Shown: positions 36,880-48,336 of the stretch, in pieces
Numbering within the stretch: position 1 is the stretch's first letter
Layout: each line of letters opens with the position of its first letter
Source of the DNA: Glycera tridactyla
Lineage: Eukaryota
DNA: 64,000 nt
Direction: 5' to 3'
Assembly (NCBI GenBank): GCA_965644265.1
Contig: OZ286465.1
Location: 62,124,001 to 62,188,000 of the forward strand
Program-made: the position numbers and the translations under genes
Notes under the pieces: model-generated
Told to the model about the DNA's origin: nothing
What the model saw: the letters and a program-made list of their open reading frames with translations, nothing else
Database searches by the model: none

Positions 36880-37140
36880 TGGGTGGGCAGTTGGTTGGTG
36901 GGTGGTAGGGTGGGTAGGTGGGTGTGTGGGTAATCTGGTCGGTAAGTGGGCTGGTAGGAAGGTACATATGTAGGTGGATGGGTGAGTAGATGTGTGGATA
37001 AGTAGGTAGATGGGTGAGTAGGTCAGTGGATGGGCTGGTAAATGGATGGGTTCCTGGTTGGATGGGCAGGTTTTCGGGCAGGTGGATGAGTGGGCAGATA
37101 TGTGGTTGTGTGGGTAGATAAGACAGTGGGTAGGATTGCT
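36880..37140. repeat. Degenerate GGTG/GGAT simple repeat between two gaps
   Basis: Direct inspection. Confidence 0.8.
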
Positions 37141-37886
37141 TTATCACCTTGCCAGNNNNNNNNNNNNNNNNNNNNNNNNNNNNNNNNNNNNNNNNNNNNN
37201 NNNNNNNNNNNNNNNNNNNNNNNNNNNNNNNNNNNNNNNNNNNNNNNNNNNNNNNNNNNNNNNNNNNNNNNNNNNNNNNNNNNNNNNNNNNNNNNNNNNN
37301 NNNNNNNNNNNNNNNNNNNNNNNNNNNNCAGTGACAACCTGATCGGCAGCGACATCTAAGCAACAACTCCTGAATGGAACTCATTGAGATGTTCTAAAAC
37401 TTCAAAATAGCGAATTCTATCGATTTACCACTGTTAATATTTACCATAACATTCACTCATTCTACCACTCACATCATCCATCTTATCTCACGATCATTTG
37501 TATATATCCATCTCAATTTTATCATTGTATCGTATCTAATGTTTGTGAATATGTTGCTTTCGTCAATCTGGAGATGTGTACGTTTGTATGTAAGTGTACT
37601 GGCGAAATAAAAGAAATGTTCAACAATTCAATATTTATTGTTCATTCTGTTTTATGTGATAGAAACAGAAAGTAATGCATATGCACATTCTGTTTATTTA
37701 TCAGCAGATGTGTAGATCAGCAGTGCAGTAATGAAGGTTGTAGCCAGCAGTGTTTGGGTAGCTAGCCAGCTCATTCAAATTATCCAACGGAAGGAATCGG
37801 TAGGTGTCTGCTGGCTGCTCATAGCAGCTTGTTATCTGTTTCATAGCTGTTGGATAGCTGCTTGCTGGCTGTTGACTCAGGCTCCA

Positions 37887-39714
37887 CACTGCATGAAATT
37901 TGGGGTTTACTTGTGCAGTAAACCCAAAATAAATCCCAAGTAAACATGATGTAAACTGGTGTAAAATGATGTAAACTGCGTCAACTTTTACATGAAGTTT
38001 ACTTGGGGTATACCTGGGATTTACTGTGTCAGTAAAGGACCAAATTTACTTCAGTATAAGTATGACAGTTTACATCAAGTATACATCATAGATTCTGAGT
38101 ATACTGTTTGCAGTAAATCTTAAATTTACATGATGTAAACTTGTCAGTTTACATAATCAAATTTACCAATTTTCTAGCTTCCAGGACCTGTCCAAATGAT
38201 GTAACCATGCATAATTTATGTTGAAATATACCTTTTGTGATAAACTTTTGACTTTTACCCAATTATACATGATGTATACTGAGTCAGTATACACAATTAT
38301 ACACATTTTACATGAAGTATCCTCATTTGATTTTATTCAGTAAATGTNNNNNNNNNNNNNNNNNNNNNNNNNNNNNNNNNNNNNNNNNNNNNNNNNNNNN
38401 NNNNNNNNNNNNNNNNNNNNNNNNNNNNNNNNNNNNNNNNNNNNNNNNNNNNNNNNNNNNNNNNNNNNNNNNNNNNNNNNNNNNNNNNNNNNNNNNNNNN
38501 NNNNNNNNNNNNNNNNNNNNNNNNNNNNNNNNNNNNNNNNNNNNNNNNNNNNNNNNNNNNNNNNNNNNNNNNNNNNNNNNNNNNNNNNNNNNNNNNNNNN
38601 NNNNNNNNNNNNNNNNNNNNNNNNNNNNNNNNNNGACAGGGACAGTAAAGAAGGAAAGTTAAACAGGGTAAGGGAAAATATGAAATGTAGACTGATAGAC
38701 AGAATCATTCAGACAGACAGACAAACAGACAGACAGAAAAGACAGAAAATACAGCCAGGCAGGCAGACAGACAGCAATGAAACAATTGAAGGAATTGATA
38801 TTCCCATCAGAGTCCGAAGTTGTATCCTTGAGGTACTCCATGGAAGTGATGGTGTCAGTGGTCAACTGACTTTTGTGAATGAACAGTGTCTGGGGGTAGC
38901 TGTTTATGATAGGTCAAGGCTTTTCACTATCATGTAGAAATACCACTCAAACTCATGCAATCCCGCTTGCTATGGTATATCAGAATATCCTGATTATCAA
39001 CTCTCATGAATTCAGTCCTAAAAATCAGTTCTCATGGTGAAACAGGCCCAAGGTCATGTGCACTTAGAGCTGGGGAAAAACCAGAGGTCAAACAGTTCAC
39101 CTACAGTCCAATTCTTATGCAATCAATTCTGTTTCCCTGGTGTACTTCACAAACATTTGAACTTGCTCTAGACACTGCATCCATACAAAGGTCACCTCCT
39201 TGCAAAGACCACCTTATCCCTCAAACATGATTTCATTTCCAACAGTAAACAACCTCTCTTTAAAGACCACCTGTTTACAAACCACTTTTTGATGCAAACA
39301 AGAGTGATCTCTATAGACAGGATTGACTGTATAACTGGTCAAATATCCCTGAAATATTGTCTGCACATATGTCACCAGTTCACAAAAAGATGGATTATAT
39401 TCTGAAATAAATAGGGTCCATACAAAGACCAATCATGATCGGTTAAACTCTTCTGAGAACTTATGTCTTGGGTCAACTGGGTAAAATGTGTATCAGTTTA
39501 CATAGAAGTAAACTGTGTTTGACTGTGAACATATAGGAAACATCATGTAAACTTGGTAACCTTGAAATTAAATTTCATCTAAACATCATGTAAACTGAAT
39601 CACTTAAACTTCCACGTAAAATGTGACTTAAACTTCACTTAAACTTGGTACATGATGTCGACATGGGGTATAAGTACTCCAGTTTACAAAGTAAACGTCA
39701 TATTTCATGCAGTG
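37887..39714. mobile_element. Non-autonomous CACTA/EnSpm-like element, copy 2 (inverted relative to copy 1)
   Basis: Same TIRs; 3-bp TSD CCA (37884-37886 / 39715-39717); reverse-complement match to 14467-16760; EVKQFTYSPIL on the + strand. Confidence 0.88.
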
Positions 39715-40237
39715 CCATGGCTGCCTAAGACGTGCTTTCCACAGACGAGTGTGGCCAGGACTCTCATAGCTGTTAGCCAACAGATGCATTGCTGCTTGCT
39801 GGCTGTTCACACAGGCTCCATGGTTGCTGAAGATGAACTCATGTGCGGTCAGAACTCTCAAAATGACACTTCCCCTCAGCAAGCATGAATATCTCATGGG
39901 GGAAAATTCAATCAGAAGATGATTTGATTTATTAAGATATATCTTGCATTTCATTAGGCAATATTCGTAAGCAATAACACCGTGCCTGATTCCATCGCTC
40001 TCTGTTCATCTGAATTCCTTCTAGTCTTGAAGAGTATGTCTGGCATTGGTATTCACTTATTGGACGACGATCTCTGCACCTCTACACGTTACTAATCCCC
40101 TGCTCCACTCAGTCGATACACTACATTGAGATGTCGTCCCGATGGGGGCATTTTACTAGTATATCCCAGCTACATCCTTGGGATGACCTTAATTCATGTG
40201 AGAAATACATGGGATAATGGTAATAATAATGCTCATT

Positions 40238-40712
40238 ATAATAATAATAATGATAATAATAATAATAATAATGTGCATTTATATAGAGCTCAAGGGCGCT
40301 TCACATTGGCATGTACCTGGGAGAAAAACATAAATGGACATGCAGAGAGACCTTGGATCATATGGTCATGCTGGGAATGCGAGAGTGAAAAAGTGGGTCT
40401 TGAGTCTGGATTGAAAGTGCTGAGAGGGGGTGCAAGTTTTATTTCCAAAGGTGTAGGGTTGGAGCTGCATAGGAAAAGGCACGATTTCCCAGTTTTTGAT
40501 AGTGTTTTCAACTATGAGGAGGTGTTGCGATGAGGAGCGGAGAGAGTGGGAAGGGGTATAATGATGGAGGAGTTGTGACAAGTAGCCAGGGGCTAAGCCA
40601 TGGAGGGCTTTGTAGGTGAGGGACAGGATGTTAAATGTTATTCAGTGATCAACAGGGAGCCAGTGAAGGTTTTTCGGGATAGGGCTGATGTGATGATGGT
40701 GACTACAGGATA
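40238..40712 (-). mobile_element. L2 LINE 3' end with (ATT)n tail
   Basis: LHWLPV.H*ITFNILSLTYKALHGLAP; LL..YTPS.SLRSS; FQSRLKTHFF; GCGCCCTTGAG..TATATAAATG then (ATT)n. Confidence 0.88.
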
Positions 40713-41263
40713 CTGTCAATCAGATCCCATACTTCATCCATGCAAAGTCCGAAGACAAGATGATGGTGGGTCGGCCAGGATGTGAAGGTGGCTGTAAGCA
40801 GAAACTTTCCCTGCAAGAATTCCTTCGAAATTTTCGACACTTTATTGTTTGAAAAGAACAGAATGTCCAGGACTTGGATATGTGGCCAGATCAGCAAAAA
40901 AGCAGTATTTTCAGCAGTATTTTGCCCATAGATGATGAATCCGTCCAAGAATTTTCGAGTAAATTCGTAAAATGTGGACTTTCTTTGGTGATTCCTTCAT
41001 ATGTCATCCACACATTCGTGGATTTTCCTTTTCATTCCCTCTCACAATGTGCATAAATTTATGTATCATCAGATGGTAGAAGTAAAATCTCACCAGGCTG
41101 ATTTCCTTGCTGCAAATTGCCAACATCTCCACTCAATCGAGTATGAGGAGCTGATAGAGTCACTCTGCACTCACTGACCTTGAAATTCATGCTGGCAACC
41201 CCAGAATCAATAGGTGTCTTGCTAACGCCTGGGAGAGTCTTCACAAGTTTGAGAAGGCTAGTA

Positions 41264-42004
41264 CAGTCAAACCTCCTCTAACGACCACCTCCAGAGGGCG
41301 ACCACCTCCTTATAACGACCGCCTTTGACCGCGACCGACGTATTTTCCACTATAATTGTCTTCCATATAGCGACCACCTCCAACCTCCGACCAGCGACCG
41401 CCATGTTTGGCACAGGGACCTCCCAATAACGACCGCTCACGGCTGCCCGGCCGTACTTGAGACCGTGAAATCTGCTCAGATTCCGCTTACTCGCCTCTCA
41501 GATGAACTCACTTCCCCCCGCCTACAAGCTAGCAGCGGCCAGTCTCCCTCCTCCAGCGACCGCCCGGCCAAAGTCAACACCGTGAAATCTGCTCAGATCA
41601 GCTCACTTGCTCGCTGCTCATATCTGGCCGCCAACCCCTTCTAACGACCGCCCAGTGGCCGGCCGGAATTTGTCCGTACCTGAGACCGTGAAATCGTCTG
41701 TATCGAGCCCGGGATTTGTGCTCAGATCAGCTCACTTGCTCGCTGCCCTCAAATCGTTACCATTCTTAATTTCAAATCCCCTTTACAGATCGAAAGATAA
41801 CCTTCTAAAACCTCTAAAATCGTCTTTATGTTAAAAAAATTGCGAGTTTCATTCATACATCCGGGTATCTTGGCTCTTTGTGATGTTTACAGTAATGGCC
41901 GCCACCAACGTATTTTTCATCAGAACTTCTCTATAGCGACCACCTCCCAATAACGACCACTCTGACGTGCGACCGAGGGTGGTCGTTATAGGGAGGTTCG
42001 ACTG
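41264..42004. mobile_element. CAGT-terminal MITE (Tc1/mariner-pogo type), 741 bp
   Basis: TA|CAGTCAAACCTCC...GGAGGTTCGACTG|TA; internal ACGACCACCTC repeats. Confidence 0.88.
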
Positions 42005-42304
42005 TATTCGCGATGCATTAATAAGAAAAATCTTCATTTTGCTGAGTATCATCAGTCATATGTAAGAAGTTTTGTCTGAAAAAGTGTAGTTACAACTCCA
42101 AAATCATGGTGATTGGCATCTCTACACCGTTACACCTGGAATGGATGAGGTGATATAGCGGCTCCACTTGCAGGTCAACATGCTAAGTCTGCAGGCCTTG
42201 AAATAAAGAATCCCCCTCATAAATATCTATATGTTCTGGCTGACCTGTGAAAGCTATTTTCCCCTCATTGTGCATGCCAAGTTTGCCCATCAGATATTCA
42301 TATA

Positions 42305-42481
42305 CAGTCAAACCTGTCCTAAGCAGCCACCCTTCGGGAAGGCAAAAAGTGGCTGCTTAGGGCAGGTGGCTGCTTAGAGCAGGTTAATTATAGTGGAAAA
42401 AACCCCGATGGGAAATTCAAAAGTGGCTGCTTAGGGCAATTGGCTGCTTAGTGCAGTGGCTGCCTAGGACAGGTTAGACTG
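42305..42481. mobile_element. CAGT-terminal MITE, 177 bp
   Basis: TA|CAGTCAAACCTGTCCTAAGCAGCCAC...GTGGCTGCCTAGGACAGGTTAGACTG|TA; repeated GGCTGCTTAG motif. Confidence 0.9.
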
Positions 42482-42832
42482 TATATATATCAGTGATGAT
42501 AGACAATTTGTTGAAGGTATGGAGGCCACTCATATAGTTTCGTGGATTATGCAATGAATTTGGTTTGATTTGGTTGAAGTTTCACAGCATGTATCACCCC
42601 CGAGGATTATGAACGTCGTATCTTCCTGGTCAATGAAAGCTAGATGTTTTACCTCTGTAGGTATCACTTACACATATCTCTTGAACACATGATGATGGGA
42701 AACCTGTAAAGTTGTCAAGTTGAAGTAGCTGAAAGTTTAGATGTGCTTCTAAATATCTTTCATGAACATGGATAATTTCAAGAAATATGTCTGATATGAT
42801 CAAGGTGTATATTTAGCCCTACTCAATCAGGG

Positions 42833-44993
42833 ATGTGATAGGCTCACAACCAAAAACACTGAAAACCTGACAGGGAGCACTTATACAGAGATTTTGTCAA
42901 TCAACAAACCAAACTGGTGATGAAGGCTACTAGAACTCCATGCAAACATTGTGCTCTATCTCCACCCATACTGGTCCGATTTTCATGATCTAAAAGCCAC
43001 GGAGATCCGCGGAACAATCACATCCCTGATCAATCAATCAATCAATCAATGTGATATATGACATAATCCCGGCACTCAAGTACGAATGTATGAAGTGAGG
43101 GACTGATCATGGCTTCTTCGCTTTGAACATTTGAGGCAGTTAAGCCTAGTTTTATTGTTGAAGACAGAAATCTCAACTATCAAATGCAAACATTCATTAT
43201 AATATTTATTACAAAAATTACATATACAACATTATCATGAACAGTAATATGCTTTGAAAATGCATGTATACCATATATGGATACTATACCATGGGATATG
43301 TACATCATTTGCAGGGAAGTGATTGGCTCAAAACCCGAATCCAGGAACAAAAATCCGATGAACTGTTACTCGATGTCTACTATAACTCAATACAAACTCT
43401 GTGCTTTTTCTTTATTGATTCTGGTCAGATTGTCCTGATCTGCCAAAATAATCAGAATAGAATGCTCTTTTTTGTCATATGCAGGAAATCCATGGATCCG
43501 CAGAACAATCACATCCCTGCACATATGAATACCACACCATGGGATATGTAGATCATACATGAATATCCTACCAAATATTTTTGAACGATGAGGGTCTCCG
43601 CGAGCACGTCCACGCTGCACGACAGCAAGGTGAAAAGTGAATTTCAACCGACCGGCGGCTCCCGGGTAACCGGTTCACCTACGTCATCATGACGCGCCGG
43701 TTCCCCAGCGACGTCAAAACATTGCTATGCGATGTAAACAACTGATGACGTCACAGAAGGACATCTGTGGCGTCGATGACGTCACAATCAGTGTTAGCTA
43801 GCTAGAGTGCTATTATGGGATGCACAAGTTTTGTTGACATTGTGTATTGAGACAGAGGTTACCATGGTGGTGGGAATTGTGTATTGAGACAGAGGTTACC
43901 ATGGTGGTGGGAATATCCTACCAAAGGATATGTGTTAGGCTCACAACCAAAAACACTGAAAACCTGACAGGGAGCACTTATACAGAGATTTTGTCAATCA
44001 ACAAACCAAACTGGTGATGAAGGCTACTAGAACTCCATGCAAACATTGTGCTCTATCTCCACCCATACTGGTCCGATTTTCATGATCTAAAAGCCACGGA
44101 GATCCGCGGAACAATCACATCCCTGATCAATCAATCAATCAATCAATGTGATATATGACATAATCCCGGCACTCAAGTACGAATGTATGAAGTGAGGGAC
44201 TGATCATGGCTTCTTCGCTTTGAACATTTGAGGCAGTTAAGCCTAGTTTTATTGTTGAAGACAGAAATCTCAACTATCAAATGCAAACATTCATTATAAT
44301 ATTTATTACAAAAATCACATATACAACATTATCATGAACAGTAATATGCTTTGAAAATGCATGTATACCATATATGGATACTATACCATGGGATATGTAC
44401 ATCATTTGCAGGGAAGTGATTGGCTCAAAACCCGAATCCAGGAACAAAAATCCGATGAACTGTTACTCGATGTCTACTATAACTCAATACAAACTCTGTG
44501 CTTTTTCTTTATTGATTCTGGTCAGATTGTCCTGATCTGCCAAAATAATCAGAATAGAATGCTCTTTTTTGTCATATGCAGGAAATCCATGGATCCGCAG
44601 AACAATCACATCCCTGCACATATGAATACCACACCATGGGATATGTAGATCATACATGAATATCCTACCAAATATTTTTGAACGATGAGGGTCTCCGCGA
44701 GCACGTCCACGCTGCACGACAGCAAGGTGAAAAGTGAATTTCAACCGACCGGCGGCTCCCGGGTAACCGGTTCACCTACGTCATCATGACGCGCCGGTTC
44801 CCCAGCGACGTCAAAACATTGCTATGCAATGTAAACAACTGATGACGTCACAGAAGGACATCTGTGGCGTCGATGACGTCACAATCAGTGTTAGCTAGCT
44901 AGAGTGCTATTATGGGATGCACAAGTTTTGTTGACATTGTGTATTGAGACAGAGGTTACCATGGTGGTGGGAATATCCTACCAAAGGATATGT
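42833..44993. repeat. Near-identical tandem duplication, period 1097 bp
   Basis: Identical ORFs at 43264/44361 and 43387/44484; few base differences plus a ~36-bp internal duplication in unit 1. Confidence 0.97.
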
Positions 44994-45495
44994 AGATCAT
45001 ATATGAATACCGTACCATCATACATGTGATGAATCAACCCTCTCTTTTTCAAGATCACCTCTACTCAACCGTTAAATCCAGCTCTCAAGAGAGCCCACCT
45101 GTAGTTTGGAGGTCTATAAGATAACACTGATTGTTGATTCTATGTACTTCAAGTTATCAGCACAATTTTGAATCTGTTAATGCTGGAGTGACCCTGATAT
45201 ATGCCACACATACCCTACATGAGATTACAGAAAGTCATGAGACATAACGACCAAATGATAATCTGTCCGTTTTGTTGGTTGTCTGTCTTGTCAGCACCAC
45301 TGGGGGAGGGTTGCATCCAGAATTTTCAAAATTGGTGACAATTGCCTCTAAAGTCTGAGAAACGAGGGCATCTCATCATGGAATCGCTCCGAATGGATTC
45401 ACTCGATAGGAAATAAGTGCAATGCCCCTGCTGCTTTAGGGGGCATCCCAGGCCCTGGTTGCCTTGGAAAGGGGGTAATTGTTGTCTTCATGTGA

Positions 45496-45545
45496 TCATG
45501 TCGTATCCATCACAGCTGCTTCCTCTTCTTTCCCTTTTTCATCTT
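45496..45545 (-). CDS. THOC7: THO complex subunit 7, exon 8 (last)
   Basis: TTTTCTACAG acceptor; (E)DEKGKEEEAAVMDTT*. Confidence 0.85.
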
Positions 45546-46972
45546 CTGTAGAAAATAAAAATAAAATCATGTGATACTAAATCATGTGCAGCTTTTCTAT
45601 TTATAATCTTTTCTTACACCATTTTTGCAGTTTTCACTGTAAGACCCTGCTCTGTGTGTCAGTGTCAGTGTGTGTGTGTGTTTGTGTGTGTGTGTGGGGG
45701 GGGGGGGCATGTGCACCAGCTAGGAGTGCTGGCAGTGTGTTGCTAGCTGACTATTCCTCACTCAGAGGTCATGGGTTCAAACACCGCATGAAACCCGAAA
45801 ATTTGGAGCAAGCATTTGTCACATTTCAAAGACCTTTTGCCCTTTGGTTAAAGAAAAATCTAGGAAGAATTCGGCAATAGGTCAGTGTGCATTGATGAAA
45901 GTGACTCGCGACCAGATCTCCTGAAAAGCGCGTGAACCTGTTTCTGGGATTCACGAGCTATCGCACCACGCATTCGCGTCAAAAGGAATATCATGGAAAA
46001 TCATTGAATTTTATTGTAAATACCTATGTATTTCTTAGGTTTTTCACTACTCAGGGCTCCCAAGTTTGGGACAAATTAAATTCAAGGGCTTTTCAAGGGC
46101 TAAAATGCCCATTTTAAAAGTATTTTCTGAACAAGACTGCAGAACGTTGCAAAAAAGGCCACAAATGAGAAGAGCAGCCAGCCCTCCTGTGGAAATCCGG
46201 CACACTGGTGTGATTTATCCACGGTCCAACCTCGTATTTGATAGTACAGCAGTCCGGCCAAATATCATCTAGCAGAAGAGCTAGTGACAGTTCAATAAAT
46301 CGCCGAACCACAAGCTTCCCATCACGTTCTTTCTGCATGACAGCGAGTCAAAACGATACCAACATGGCGATAAACATGTGTATTTCACATCCCGAATGTA
46401 GGCATAGCGGAAATATAGTCTCTTTACCATCTAATTTAAGAACAATCGTACGTTGTTTCTACATTTTGGCTTCTCCGGGCGCCATTGTTATGCTCCACTG
46501 CGTAAGCACATTCTTGCCTCTGAAACAGATGCTGCTGCCGGTTTGAACGATCGCCGCACGTGTCTTAAACATGTCCAAAAATGAAATAAAAAGCGTCTGT
46601 CACGAAGGCAAGGCAAATCAGGCGCTTGTTCGTCTAATCGCAATTAGTATGGATTATCGGACAATCTAATGTTAATAAACACACTAGTCTTTATTTGTCA
46701 TCTTCCCCGGGGTGAGTAACAAGACGCCAGCCATTGCTCAAATGACTGGATTTGGTTTCGGATTACTCGCAAGTCGCAATCTTGCCGGATTTCTTCTCAC
46801 CTCCGGAGAATATTCTCGAAAATTGGCCATCTCCGGAATTCCACAAATCTCCGGAAGACTTTCATCACTGAGTATGGAGAAACAACAAAAATGAATGGCA
46901 TGGTTTTTGACTTGCCTCAAGTATTTGTCACATTTCAAGAACCTTTTGCATAAATTGTGTAAATTCAACTAC

Positions 46973-47042
46973 CTTCAAGAATGTGCTGCATTTCATGAAT
47001 TGCAGTGATGAGTACATGGAATTGCTTCCGTCGAAGATCCAG
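46973..47042 (-). CDS. THOC7: THOC7 exon 7
   Basis: LDLRRKQFHVLITAIHEMQHILE; 70 nt; CAG/GT sites. Confidence 0.96.
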
Positions 47043-47599
47043 CTGAAAAGAGAAAAAAACATTATATGTCTGTGATTGCTCTGAGATGCTTGTATATCTT
47101 ATCAAAGAAATTTCTCAAAATGGGTGCACTCAAAATGGAATAAACCCAACATGCAACCCACTCGCTGATTTATGGGGCATTCTGGCCCTTTATTCCCTCA
47201 AAAAGATGCCCACACTCAACAAAGTGTGTGAAATGCCTCAATGCGCCCTTCTGGATGCAACTCTGTCTATATACAGTGAAATCTTCTATGAGTCACCATC
47301 CAATGAGCAATCACCTCTCTGAACCAGAGCTCTTGGCTGCTGAAAAACATTTTTTTTTATATATTTTACCTCTTTTGTGTGACCCCTCTCCACCACCCTC
47401 AAAAGATAGACAACCCTGCTATGAATGATGATGAGTCAACTATTGGGGCCTGAATATAGCCCAAATGTAGGATCATCCTACTCCCCTGTCCCCAATTCTC
47501 AAAAGGATCAGATTTAACAGATGAGGAAATGTGGGGTTTAGTTGGGGAAGGAGGTGAGTAAGACTTATTGATGAGAATGGAGAAAGACAAATTTCCTAC

Positions 47600-47666
47600 C
47601 TTCTGTTCAAGAGACTCTCTCGCTTCCCTCAGTGAATGTAGCTCATTGTCCAAAGCTTCTATTCGT
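47600..47666 (-). CDS. THOC7: THOC7 exon 6
   Basis: RIEALDNELHSLREARESLEQK; 67 nt; CAG/GTAGGA. Confidence 0.94.
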
Positions 47667-48278
47667 CTGAAATGTCAAACATAAAAACTCTCATTTCACA
47701 ATAAGTAATAGTAGAACCCATGATGGCATACCCTCTGATAACCAAACAACTGGTATGGATCATTATACATAAGTCCCCTTTCCATTTAACTTACTTTATA
47801 ACAAGATAAACATAGTGATGGACGACCATTTTTGTTGTCATCTATGTTGATGAATTCATTCCAGGTTGAGATAGTAACTTACAAAGCACATCCGTACCCC
47901 TGCCTGAGCGAGTGGCTACTGCACTGAGCTCGTGTCAAGCTCCTGTTACCTAGGTACATGTAATACAGTTAGGTCAAATGTGTAGGATTTCCCCATATAT
48001 GGCAGGGAGAGGCTGGCGGCCCCGGTCCCTGTTCAAGTCTGGCTGGTAATGTGTAACGCTTCTGCTACTCCCCTTCTGAACCGATTGGATTCATGGTGTA
48101 GCACTTTCAGGTTTCATTGCTCTGCATCAGATCTTGACATAGAGCAAGATCACTATTAGGATTATGAAGCTACTTCACAATCTCTTAGCTTTAGTTTATC
48201 CATGGTGATGCCAACCAGGTGAGTAATTATTACTTCAAAATCGTGATGGTCTGCATCTCTGGAATTGGTCTCACTTAC

Positions 48279-48336
48279 TTTAGCGTGTCCTGTCTGTCTG
48301 GATGCTGTTGTATCACCTTCGCCAATGCATCATACT
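48279..48336 (-). CDS. THOC7: THOC7 exon 5
   Basis: (E)YDALAKVIQQHPDRQDTL(K); 58 nt; TAG/GTAAGT. Confidence 0.96.

Noticed and set aside
14467-39714. A 25-kb composite CACTA element using the outer ends of the two copies
   Set aside because: Outer flanks are TTG and CCA; each copy has its own TSD, so they inserted independently.
43264-44744. Duplicated ORFs (95 aa and 86 aa) as genes
   Set aside because: No recognisable homology; identity simply reflects the tandem duplication.
45735-45785. tRNA gene or tRNA-derived SINE head (GGTTCAAAC B-box)
   Set aside because: No cloverleaf and only a weak A-box.
46617-46868. Intronic C/D snoRNA in THOC7
   Set aside because: A C-box-like GTGATGA is present, but the nearest CTGA on that strand is about 250 nt away with no terminal stem.
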